64,000 nucleotides of DNA, taken from a bacterium (GTDB lineage: Bacteria > SAR324 > XYD2-FULL-50-16). Both the position numbers and the translations under genes were made by a program. Shown here piece after piece: positions 19,339 through 27,079 of the stretch; within the stretch, counting starts at the first letter, position 1, and each line of letters opens with the position of its first letter. The notes under the pieces were generated by a model. That model did no database searches. It worked only from the letters and a program-made list of their open reading frames with translations, and was not told where the DNA came from. Where the stretch lies: assembly GCA_032250835.1 (NCBI GenBank), contig JAVVEA010000001.1, forward strand, positions 32,001 to 96,000, read 5' to 3'.

Positions 19339-20027
19339 GGGGTCCTTAATTGCTTATTTTTGATCTCTGCGCAACCGAAGAAGCCCTGCTCCATCAACAC
19401 GGTGATGTTGTCCTCGGCGAGCAGTTTGGCCGCCGTTTGGGCAGAGATTTTATTGTCTTTGTTTTCTGTATAGGTTTCGCAGAAAAATACCTTAAACTTA
19501 ACCTCTAAATCATCTTTCACCTTCATCAATCCAGCCCGGTAGGGCTTAACGTCAAACTCGGACTGCTGGATGGTGAACTGGCCGGTGACTTTCACTACCG
19601 GGGGGATATATTGGAAGTGGGTGCTGATTTCTAAAGGGCGCTTGACGCCATGCATTTCTATTTCACCGACTACCTTCTTGGGTTGTTCGGCCGGCTTGAA
19701 GTGGTCTAAATCGACCACAATGGTCGGGTAGGTGGTGGCGTCCATGTAGCCGGGTTTGTTGAGCACGTCCTCTACCATGGGGAGGTCGAATTTTAGGTCC
19801 TTAAACCGGAGCGTCAACCGCCCGGTATACAAACCATGTTCCTCCAGCAGTTCCCCCTCTTGGCGGGTTGCTTCCCCTTTAAAGTCAAAAAAATTGGTTT
19901 TGCCCGCAACCTCGATATAGCCCTTTTGGAGAATCCGGTAGATCTCGTGCCCTTCCTCTTCTTCGGCGGCCCAGAGGGACCCCGCCATCAAGCATAGGCC
20001 AAAGATCAGGGTGGTCGTCGCTTTCAT
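19335..20027 (-). CDS. YceI-like periplasmic lipid/quinone-binding protein with C-terminal extension
   Basis: Signal peptide, MDATTYPTI, GEIEMHGVKRP, FTIQQSEFDV. Start at 20027 overlaps the stop of the 16-heme gene (ATGA). Confidence 0.75.
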   Translation of the reverse strand: MKATTTLIFGLCLMAGSLWAAEEEEGHEIYRILQKGYIEVAGKTNFFDFKGEATRQEGELLEEHGLYTGRLTLRFKDLKFDLPMVEDVLNKPGYMDATTYPTIVVDLDHFKPAEQPKKVVGEIEMHGVKRPLEISTHFQYIPPVVKVTGQFTIQQSEFDVKPYRAGLMKVKDDLEVKFKVFFCETYTENKDNKISAQTAAKLLAEDNITVLMEQGFFGCAEIKNKQLRTP

Positions 20028-21484
20028 TTGGTCTCCGGAGCGGCAAAGTCGCCGAAGCGGTGGGTCCGTTTCAAGCGTTCCTTGCGTTCTTCGTCCGTCA
20101 GGGCCTCCTTGCGGGGGCCATACTTCTTCTCTCGGTAGTCCCAGAGGTCGCCAAAATGCTCGTTGTGGCATTCTACACAGGCCTCTCGGACCTTTTTATA
20201 GGTTACGCTCTGGTGCTCTTGCTTGTGACAGGTAGCGCAGTTGACGGTGCGGAACATAGGGTCCGGGCCGATGGGTTGCCCCTGTTTGTCAAGCCAAGCC
20301 CCCTCCATAGCGGACCGTACCGCGTAGTGACAGCCTTCGCAGCTGGCTTTTTCGCCCATCAGGTACTGTCCCTTGGGGTGGCAGTCTTTACACTTGACTT
20401 GGGAATGTAGCTGCTTGATAGGGAAGTCGGTCTTGTCGTGCTTAAACTCCTTTCCCCACTTTGCCGAGAGGTCATGACAGCGGCTACAGGTATCCGGAGC
20501 AAACTGCGCCTGATGCGGGTCTTTGTGGCAATCGGTGCACAGGGAAAAGCCCTTGCGCTTAAAGTCTTTATGGTCCCGGCTCGTATGGCACTTTTCGCAG
20601 TCCACCCGCTTGTGTACCCCCACCAATTTGAACCGCGTTTTTTGGTGGTCAAAGCCCTTAGCTTCTTTGGGGTCTAACATCTTAGACCAGTCTTCGGGGC
20701 TGTGGCAGCTAGCGCACTGCTCGCCGCTGCGTCCCTGGTGGGGGTCGGCGTGGCAGGTGCTACACTGCTGGCCCAGCTTTTCGAAGGGCGCAAAGTCCGG
20801 GTGCTTTTCGTCTTTGTGGTGGCAGGCTATACAGGTCAGCTTGCGGTGTTTGCCCCGCAGCTTAAAGTCCGATTGTTTTTCGTGGTCAAATTTGGTCAGG
20901 CTCCAGGCTTGGTCCGTATGGCAACTGCTGCATTGCTGGTCTTGAAACTGGGGTCCATGTTCCTTCCCGTGGCAAGACAAACAGTCTTCGGTTAAGCCTA
21001 AGAAGGTCTCCCCTTCGCGCTTGCGCTGGTCGATTTTCAGGCTGCGGACGGCTTCTGACTGGTATTTGGGCTGGTGGCATTCCTCGCACTTAAGGGGCTG
21101 GTGTTTGCCGGTGAGGTCGAGCTTGAGCTTGGAGTGATCCACCTGAGCGGGGTCAAAAAGCTTACCTTCGCGGCCCTTGTGGTCGGTATGGCAGCTTAGG
21201 CAGTCTTTGGATCGATTGGCTTCGAGTCCGTGCCAGCCAAGACGCTGGTCGATGCGGGATTTGATCTCCTGGTGGCATTCGAGGCACAAGAGGTCGCTCA
21301 CGCCCTTGTTGAGCGTATGGCATTGCATACAACCCAGCGTGGTCTCTAGGTAAAAATGGCTTTTAGAGAGGGGGCCGGGGCTGAGCATGTCGCCCAGCTT
21401 TTCCACCATGTTTTTATCCTGCGCCCAACCGGGCAGGGCCCAAAAAAGAAAGCCCAGCAGCAGCAGCCCACGTTTAATGGTCAT
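20024..21484 (-). CDS. 16-heme periplasmic cytochrome c with c3/c7-like triheme repeats
   Basis: 16 CXXCH counted; Sec signal after the ATG at 21484 (RBS GAGGAGG); repeated (F/V)DH..F.L.G.H...CxxCH..CxxCH.DPH..CxxCH...W modules. Confidence 0.92.
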   Translation of the reverse strand: MTIKRGLLLLGFLFWALPGWAQDKNMVEKLGDMLSPGPLSKSHFYLETTLGCMQCHTLNKGVSDLLCLECHQEIKSRIDQRLGWHGLEANRSKDCLSCHTDHKGREGKLFDPAQVDHSKLKLDLTGKHQPLKCEECHQPKYQSEAVRSLKIDQRKREGETFLGLTEDCLSCHGKEHGPQFQDQQCSSCHTDQAWSLTKFDHEKQSDFKLRGKHRKLTCIACHHKDEKHPDFAPFEKLGQQCSTCHADPHQGRSGEQCASCHSPEDWSKMLDPKEAKGFDHQKTRFKLVGVHKRVDCEKCHTSRDHKDFKRKGFSLCTDCHKDPHQAQFAPDTCSRCHDLSAKWGKEFKHDKTDFPIKQLHSQVKCKDCHPKGQYLMGEKASCEGCHYAVRSAMEGAWLDKQGQPIGPDPMFRTVNCATCHKQEHQSVTYKKVREACVECHNEHFGDLWDYREKKYGPRKEALTDEERKERLKRTHRFGDFAAPETK

Positions 21485-22148
21485 GGCCCTCCTCGGACTC
21501 TCCAAGCTGCAAGCTGTGGTGTTCTTTGACATAAGAAATCGGCACCACTCCGTGGATGATCCCCATAAACCCCTTGCGGGTGCTGGGGTTGATGGTGGCC
21601 ATAAAGATATGTCCGCTCAGCAGGCCAATGGACCCCAAGGCGATTAGGGTATGGCTCCAACGCGGAAGCATGCCCTGCGGGAAGAGCCACAGCCAGATAC
21701 CGGTGGCCTGAAGGGTCAAGCTGATCCCCATCATCAAAAGGCTATTGATCTTTTGGCCCATGTTAAACTTACCGGCCGCTACATGCAGCTTTTTGGGCTG
21801 GGCTTTGATCCACTCGATGTCTCGTTTTTCTATGGTCAAGATTTGCCGCAAGTTATCTAAAATCGTGCGGGTGTTGCCAATAATACTCACCAAGGGCGGG
21901 GCAAGGATCAACAAAATGCCAAAGAGCTTGTGCAAGTCGCTGATAAACTCGCTGCGCTCTTGCAGGAAAAGACCCTGAACGGCTAAAGCCAAACCGCTGG
22001 CTAAGAGCACCAAGAAAGGCAGCCCATGGCCCCAATGCAGCAAGATTTCGGTTTTGGTGAACCGCAGAAAGGTCTTGCCCGGCTGCACGGGAGGCCGGAA
22101 CCCCTCGAGCTGATCTTCTAAGTGTTCGATTTGATCACCGATGGACAT
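21474..22148 (-). CDS. Diheme cytochrome b, FdnI/Ni-hydrogenase cytochrome b-like
   Basis: LLHWGH, LHKLFG, GKFNMGQK, WSH...GHIFMA; four TM helices. Confidence 0.88.
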   Translation of the reverse strand: MSIGDQIEHLEDQLEGFRPPVQPGKTFLRFTKTEILLHWGHGLPFLVLLASGLALAVQGLFLQERSEFISDLHKLFGILLILAPPLVSIIGNTRTILDNLRQILTIEKRDIEWIKAQPKKLHVAAGKFNMGQKINSLLMMGISLTLQATGIWLWLFPQGMLPRWSHTLIALGSIGLLSGHIFMATINPSTRKGFMGIIHGVVPISYVKEHHSLQLGESEEGHDH

Positions 22149-22150
22149 GG

Positions 22151-23140
22151 CTATATCCTGTTCTGCTGCAAGAAAATTTGTTGGCCTAAGCTGACACGGC
22201 TATCTCTGCGCACCAGTCGAACTTCAAAAAATTCGGCTCGACCCAACAAACTCCGCGAAAAGGTAAAAACCTGCTCATAAGTTTCGCCGGCTTTGATGAA
22301 GTCTTTGTTTTCAGCGTGAAAGACCCGTTGCTGCTCTTCGATCACCTGCCCAGAAGCCGACTTCAGGGAAACAATCAGGTCCACCGCCTTAAATCCAAAG
22401 ATCCCTGCCGGAACGCCGTGGGGGATACGGTGGGACAGGCGCAGCGAGATCGGCAGGCCCCTTTCGGTTTTAGGGAGGAGTTGGTGGGTCGCCGTGAACC
22501 AAGGGGCTTCGCCTGCTGGAGCTTGAGGGAGCGCGTCGAAGGTGTGTTTCTTGGTATCCATGCGCCAGTGAGCATATTGCATGATGCCCTTGACGATCAA
22601 CTTGCGGTAGGCCGCGGGCATGTGGCAATCCTGGCAGGTTTGAAGCTCTTTGCCCTGGGCTTCCAGGCGCTTTTCGGTGGCTTTCCATTGCTCGAAGTGG
22701 GCTTCGTGGCAAGTGCCGCAAAGCTTACTCTCCAAGAAATAGGGATCGCTCATCTTGACGTAGTGGGCGGGCAGAACAAAGTGTGGGCCGCCAATTTCGC
22801 CGTCAGGGGTCAGGTGGCAGGTCACACAATTGACCCCTTCCTTGGCGTGTTCTTGGCGCAGGGTGACTTTGTCGGTCCCATAGATTGGCATGGCCCGGTG
22901 GCAAGCCAAACATTTTTCAACCTGGTAGTCGTCCGTTTCCTTGCGGAAGGCCTCGGAAATCCAGGCCTTGGCGTGGCCGCTTTCCTTCCACTCTTCATAT
23001 TCGTTGAAGTGACACTCACCGCAACCTTCAGAAGAAAAACTATTGGGCGGAGCTTCCACTATCTCGCTGTGGAGGAAACAGCCACTTAAGCTAAAGGCAA
23101 CCAGCGAGATTAAGAGTGCCTTAAACAGCCTTTGGTTCAA
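22151..23140 (-). CDS. Pentaheme c554/c552-like lipoprotein with beta-rich C-terminal domain
   Basis: Lipobox LSGC; CGECH, CLACH, CVTCH, CGTCH, CQDCH; EW..SGHA motif. Confidence 0.88.
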   Translation of the reverse strand: MNQRLFKALLISLVAFSLSGCFLHSEIVEAPPNSFSSEGCGECHFNEYEEWKESGHAKAWISEAFRKETDDYQVEKCLACHRAMPIYGTDKVTLRQEHAKEGVNCVTCHLTPDGEIGGPHFVLPAHYVKMSDPYFLESKLCGTCHEAHFEQWKATEKRLEAQGKELQTCQDCHMPAAYRKLIVKGIMQYAHWRMDTKKHTFDALPQAPAGEAPWFTATHQLLPKTERGLPISLRLSHRIPHGVPAGIFGFKAVDLIVSLKSASGQVIEEQQRVFHAENKDFIKAGETYEQVFTFSRSLLGRAEFFEVRLVRRDSRVSLGQQIFLQQNRI

Positions 23141-23149
23141 CGTGGTCCC

Positions 23150-23878
23150 TTATTTAGCCGGGGCTAGGTTATCGTTGTCACCATCGGCCCACTCAGCACC
23201 GTGGCAGCGGTAGCAACTAGGGGCACCGGTGGTGGCATCGCCGGTGAGGCTGGCTCCGTGACAGGAAACACAATTGGTGTAGGGGTTATTCTTGCCTGAA
23301 CCGTGCATCACTCCGTCTTCGCTGTCATTGTGTGGGTAGCTGCTGTAAAGCCAACGAGCACCGTGGCATTCGTAACAGCTAGGCTCGGTTGTGCTGCCGC
23401 CTTTTAGGTCCGACCCATGGCATTCGGTGCAGCTGCTTTCGGGGGTATAAAGCCCGGTGGCGTGGTAATAGCTGCCTTTAAGCTCCGTATGGCTCTCTAA
23501 AGCGGTCCATTTGTCTCCGTGGCAGCTGTAACAGCTCGGTCGGCTGCGCTTGCCGGTCAGTGCGGTGCCGCCATGACATTCAGAGCAATTGTTCTTAGCG
23601 CTGAAGTAGCCGTGCTTGTGCATGACCCCGCTTTTGTTGATCTGGTGTTCCGACTTGTCCCACATCACGCCGTGGCAGTCATAACAGCCGGGAATCCAGC
23701 CGTTGCCTTTGAGGGTGATGCCGTGGCAGGCCGTACAGTCCTTAGCGCCTTGATAGAGCTTTTTGCCATGCTCTGCGCCGTCCAGGTCGATGTTGTGTGA
23801 GGTGATCCCTTCCTTACAGCCAGCCATAGCTAGCGCCAGGAAAAGAAACCCCACAATGGCTAAAATTGAAGTCCGCAT
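23150..23878 (-). CDS. Octaheme c lipoprotein built of four tandem diheme repeats
   Basis: Lipobox MAGC after the ATG at 23878; 8 CXXCH. Confidence 0.9.
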   Translation of the reverse strand: MRTSILAIVGFLFLALAMAGCKEGITSHNIDLDGAEHGKKLYQGAKDCTACHGITLKGNGWIPGCYDCHGVMWDKSEHQINKSGVMHKHGYFSAKNNCSECHGGTALTGKRSRPSCYSCHGDKWTALESHTELKGSYYHATGLYTPESSCTECHGSDLKGGSTTEPSCYECHGARWLYSSYPHNDSEDGVMHGSGKNNPYTNCVSCHGASLTGDATTGAPSCYRCHGAEWADGDNDNLAPAK

Positions 23879-24441
23879 ACTAAGCTGCCTCCGATCAGGC
23901 CCCCCCAAGAGTTTACAATGCCGTCACAGGTGACTAGGTCCCAAGACATACTTCCGCGCAACAGCAGCGCGCCATAGTGGATATCTTTAGCGGTATAAAA
24001 GGGGCTAGGGTCGCCCAACTGATTCCCGCCAGAAACCTGTAAGTCCTCAGTCATCTCCGCGAACCCGTAGCCGATACCCGGCCCAAAGCTAAAGCCGCCG
24101 ATGTCCTTTTCTAAAAAGTAGCTGAATTCGTAGGCGATCAGCTGGACCGTAACGGCCGCAGTCAACCCCCGGTCACTCAGGTTACCGGAGCCCGACAGGT
24201 TATGGTAGGTGAAGGAAGTTTCTTGGTTGTCAAAGCCAATAAGCCCCAGGTCGAGACCCTCGGTTTTGTAACTGGCAATCAGGTCTAGGCCGAACAGCGG
24301 CATGATCTGCGTGGTGACGCCCGTACCGGCTTGTAGCTTGATATCGCCAGCCTGGACCGGGCTTGACCAAGTTAACAAAAGGCAGGTGGCCAAGGTGGTC
24401 AGCCAAGCCGTAGGGCGCATCTTCAAGGAGTTTTTCTTCAT
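23860..24441 (-). CDS. Small putative outer-membrane beta-barrel protein
   Basis: Sec signal (VQA), alternating hydrophobic strands rich in G/F/Y, C-terminal Phe (GLQF). Confidence 0.65.
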   Translation of the reverse strand: MKKNSLKMRPTAWLTTLATCLLLTWSSPVQAGDIKLQAGTGVTTQIMPLFGLDLIASYKTEGLDLGLIGFDNQETSFTYHNLSGSGNLSDRGLTAAVTVQLIAYEFSYFLEKDIGGFSFGPGIGYGFAEMTEDLQVSGGNQLGDPSPFYTAKDIHYGALLLRGSMSWDLVTCDGIVNSWGGLIGGSLVCGLQF

Positions 24442-24528
24442 TGGGGTCTACCGATCAAGCGTCACAGGGTCTTAGGAGTGGTTGGTTCCGTCAATGGTGC
24501 CGCAGGCGTACTGCACGTGACTGCGGGT

Positions 24529-24582
24529 ACTTTAGGCCCCTTAAATGAAGCGAAAGTGAACCGTAGATGAAATGCAGTTCAT
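24529..24582 (-). promoter_or_regulatory. OmpR/PhoB-type direct-repeat promoter of the multiheme operon
   Basis: On + strand: ATGAAG-N5-GTGAAC-N5-ATGAAA-N5-TTCAT (24545-24582). Minus-strand -10 TAAAGT (24529-24534) lies 10 bp from the proximal repeat. Confidence 0.75.
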
Positions 24583-24617
24583 CTTAAGGCCAAGACTAAC
24601 ATAAACTGCCTATAGGA

Positions 24618-25871
24618 TCAAAGAGAATTGATCTGGGTAGCTTTACCTGATTGGGGTAGCAAGATTTCCGCAGTAAAAAGGCCCGTATCGTCGATGCCGA
24701 GGCGTAACTTGCCTCCATGCGAAAGGACAATATAATTCACAATATTTAAGCCTAATCCTTTGCCGGAAGCTTGGAATGCCTCGGTATTCGATCCCCTAAA
24801 GAAAGGGGTGAGCAATTCCTTGGGCTTCATACCCTGGGTGGCCTTGGATTGGTTGGTTAGGGTTAGGCGCACGAAAGCCTCCTTGCGCTCGGCCGCTAAG
24901 TGGATCGAACCGTTTTCCACGCTATATTTTATGGCATTATCCAACAGGTTCCCTAAGGCCCGAATCATTAAAGTGGGGTCACAAAACAATTCAATCTCTC
25001 CGCCGCCTGCGTCAATTAATTTCAAAGATTTTGCCTCGATGCGCGGGCGCAGTTCTTTGAGGAGGTCGGCCAGCATCTCATGTACCGGAACCCGCTCTTT
25101 CAGCAGGCTTAAGGACTGAAAATTAGCACTAGCCAACAGGTAAAGGTCCTGCAGTAAGGCGATCACCCGGTTGGTCTCTTTTAGCCCTAAGGCAATGAAT
25201 TCGCGGTATTCCTCGGGTTTACGTTCTTTGCGTAAGGAAACCTCCAAATTGCCTTTGATGGAAGTCAAGGGAGAGTGCAATTCGTGGGTTACGTTAGAAC
25301 TGAAGTTTTCTTGGAACCTAAAGGCTTCGGTAATGGGCCGCATGGCCAGGATCACCAGTAGTCGGCCTAAGATGAAGCTCAAGAGGACAATTCCGGGGCT
25401 AGAAAGCAAAACCAACCGCAAAAAGCGCTGTTCGTAATTCAGCAGTTGCGTGATCGGCTCGGCGATGCGGCCTAAGTAGGTTTTATCTAACCTAAAGTAG
25501 TGGATTAGGTAGCGTTTATCCCCAAAGTTAACGACCTCAAAGACTTGGTCGTCTTGATCGGCCTGGCGGAATAACCTTTGGTTGATTGGTAAGGTGAAAT
25601 AAACTGAATTGGAGGTTTGGCTGAGCAGCCGCCCATCATTGCTGAAAATCTGGAAAACTTCGTCTTCGTTGATCTGGGTGAACTCCTCAAAGTCATTGAG
25701 GCGGTAATGATCCACAAACTCTTCGCGGCCATCTTCTACGATGTCGGCCTTGAGGGTGTCTAAGATGGATTCGTGAAGATAAAAGTAGCTGATCGAAAGC
25801 ACCAACACGCTAAAGGAGATGATCCCCAGTGTGAACAACGCGGTTAGGCGATTTTTGGTCTCTTGGATCAT
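24618..25871 (-). CDS. Membrane sensor histidine kinase (OmpR-pairing, CusS-like H-box)
   Basis: Two TM helices, FSSNVTHELHSPL, NLLDNAIKYS, GKGLGL. Confidence 0.92.
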   Translation of the reverse strand: MIQETKNRLTALFTLGIISFSVLVLSISYFYLHESILDTLKADIVEDGREEFVDHYRLNDFEEFTQINEDEVFQIFSNDGRLLSQTSNSVYFTLPINQRLFRQADQDDQVFEVVNFGDKRYLIHYFRLDKTYLGRIAEPITQLLNYEQRFLRLVLLSSPGIVLLSFILGRLLVILAMRPITEAFRFQENFSSNVTHELHSPLTSIKGNLEVSLRKERKPEEYREFIALGLKETNRVIALLQDLYLLASANFQSLSLLKERVPVHEMLADLLKELRPRIEAKSLKLIDAGGGEIELFCDPTLMIRALGNLLDNAIKYSVENGSIHLAAERKEAFVRLTLTNQSKATQGMKPKELLTPFFRGSNTEAFQASGKGLGLNIVNYIVLSHGGKLRLGIDDTGLFTAEILLPQSGKATQINSL

Positions 25872-25874
25872 GGG

Positions 25875-26462
25875 CTACTGGGGGATTCGGACATAGTCTT
25901 CAGAATAGACGCCGGCTGCGGCCCGTTGGTGGCAGGCCACACAGTTGGAAAGGCTCTTGATCGCCGGGCGAGCGATTACGGTGGCGCTGACCTCGTTGTG
26001 TTCGTGCCTAAAATAGGGCAATTCGGTGATGCGCATCGGTGCTTCCCCTTGGATCGACCGAACTAGCTTTTGGGCCCGGCCACTGCTTGAGGTTTCGGCC
26101 GCATTGCCCAGCAGATAGCCGCGCACCTGTGCCAGATTGGCGGCATCTAGAACGGCGTCGTCGCCGAAGTGGTCTTCTAAATGGGCCAATACCCGTTCCC
26201 AACTTTGGCTAGGTAGTAGTTCAGCCTGATAGGCAAAATGGCAAGCGCCACATTCGCTCAGGTAAACTTGGTTGGTGATGGGTTTGATGTGGCGTTCGCT
26301 GATCTCCTCTTTCTCGCGGTGTCCCTCATGGGGAGCTTCCTCAAAGAACATCTCCATAAACCCTTCGCGCTCGCCCCGCTCAATGGAATCTGCCCAAAGG
26401 GGGGCGGATAATGAAAGACAACCGAGAAAGGCCAAAAGAAACCAGAGGAGCGAACGATTCAT
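25875..26462 (-). CDS. Diheme cytochrome c (DHC family)
   Basis: YLSECGACH.AY..ELLP..SW...LEDHFG, RITELPYF..EH, SNCVACH. Confidence 0.9.
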   Translation of the reverse strand: MNRSLLWFLLAFLGCLSLSAPLWADSIERGEREGFMEMFFEEAPHEGHREKEEISERHIKPITNQVYLSECGACHFAYQAELLPSQSWERVLAHLEDHFGDDAVLDAANLAQVRGYLLGNAAETSSSGRAQKLVRSIQGEAPMRITELPYFRHEHNEVSATVIARPAIKSLSNCVACHQRAAAGVYSEDYVRIPQ

Positions 26463-26475
26463 AAATCCTTAGAGG

Positions 26476-26916
26476 CTATAGGGAATAGATATACTCAAGA
26501 AAATCCCCTTGTTCAGTGGCGGTGCAGCTGCGCTCAAAGGTCCACTTGCAATTACGCCGGAACCATTTCTTGATTTTTTTTTCTTTAGTGAAGCGCTCGC
26601 GGTTCACAGCTGGCGACAGTGGGTCGATGGGCTTGCCGGTAACGGCATGTTTACTGGGCAACATGGGGTTGTCTTTGTGGCAAGTGGCGCAGGTACGCTT
26701 GTCGCCGTCTTCGCTATCGATATGTTCTTTAAAGTAGAGGGTTTTGCCGCGTTCAGCCGAAAAGGCGGTGAAGGCTGGGTCCTCTTGTTTCGCTTCTTTA
26801 GCTAATTCCTGCATAAAAGCGGTCACCGTCGGGTTTTTGGGGATCGCAGCCCAGACAGTTTGGGTTGAAAGTAGAGCGATAAGTCCAGCGGCAAGACCAG
26901 TAAACAACGTCTTCAT
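26476..26916 (-). CDS. Sphaeroides heme protein-like monoheme cytochrome c (SHP/DUF1924)
   Basis: FSAERG, CATCH, TGKPIDPLSPAVN.ERFT...KWFRRNC.....R.CT. Confidence 0.9.
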   Translation of the reverse strand: MKTLFTGLAAGLIALLSTQTVWAAIPKNPTVTAFMQELAKEAKQEDPAFTAFSAERGKTLYFKEHIDSEDGDKRTCATCHKDNPMLPSKHAVTGKPIDPLSPAVNRERFTKEKKIKKWFRRNCKWTFERSCTATEQGDFLEYIYSL

Positions 26917-26978
26917 CGGGTTTTCCTACAAATTTTAGGTTGCTCTCTCCGCCGAAAAAGCCTTTATGCGAAGGCCTC

Positions 26979-27032
26979 AATGTAAACGGCAAAGATGAAG
27001 AATCAATTAAGCCTGAATGAACAAAATTTCAT
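26979..27032 (-). promoter_or_regulatory. OmpR/PhoB-type direct-repeat promoter of the shp-dhc-kinase operon
   Basis: On + strand: ATGAAG-N5-ATTAAG-N5-ATGAAC-N5-TTCAT (26995-27032). Minus-strand -10 TACATT (26979-26984) lies 10 bp away. Confidence 0.75.
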
Positions 27033-27079
27033 GTTCCTTCGGCTTTGGCAATGGATTCGAAAGAAAGAGGAGGCTGGAA

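Noticed and set aside
21474-22148. Formate dehydrogenase operon
   Set aside because: Only the gamma-like cytochrome b is present; no molybdopterin or Fe-S subunits.
22316-23089. Long antisense ORF (257 aa) and other shadow ORFs
   Set aside because: Opposite well-supported genes and without motifs; expected from codon bias.
23860-24441. MtrB/PioB porin of a classical porin-cytochrome complex
   Set aside because: Far too short (~160 mature aa), and no MtrA-type decaheme is present.
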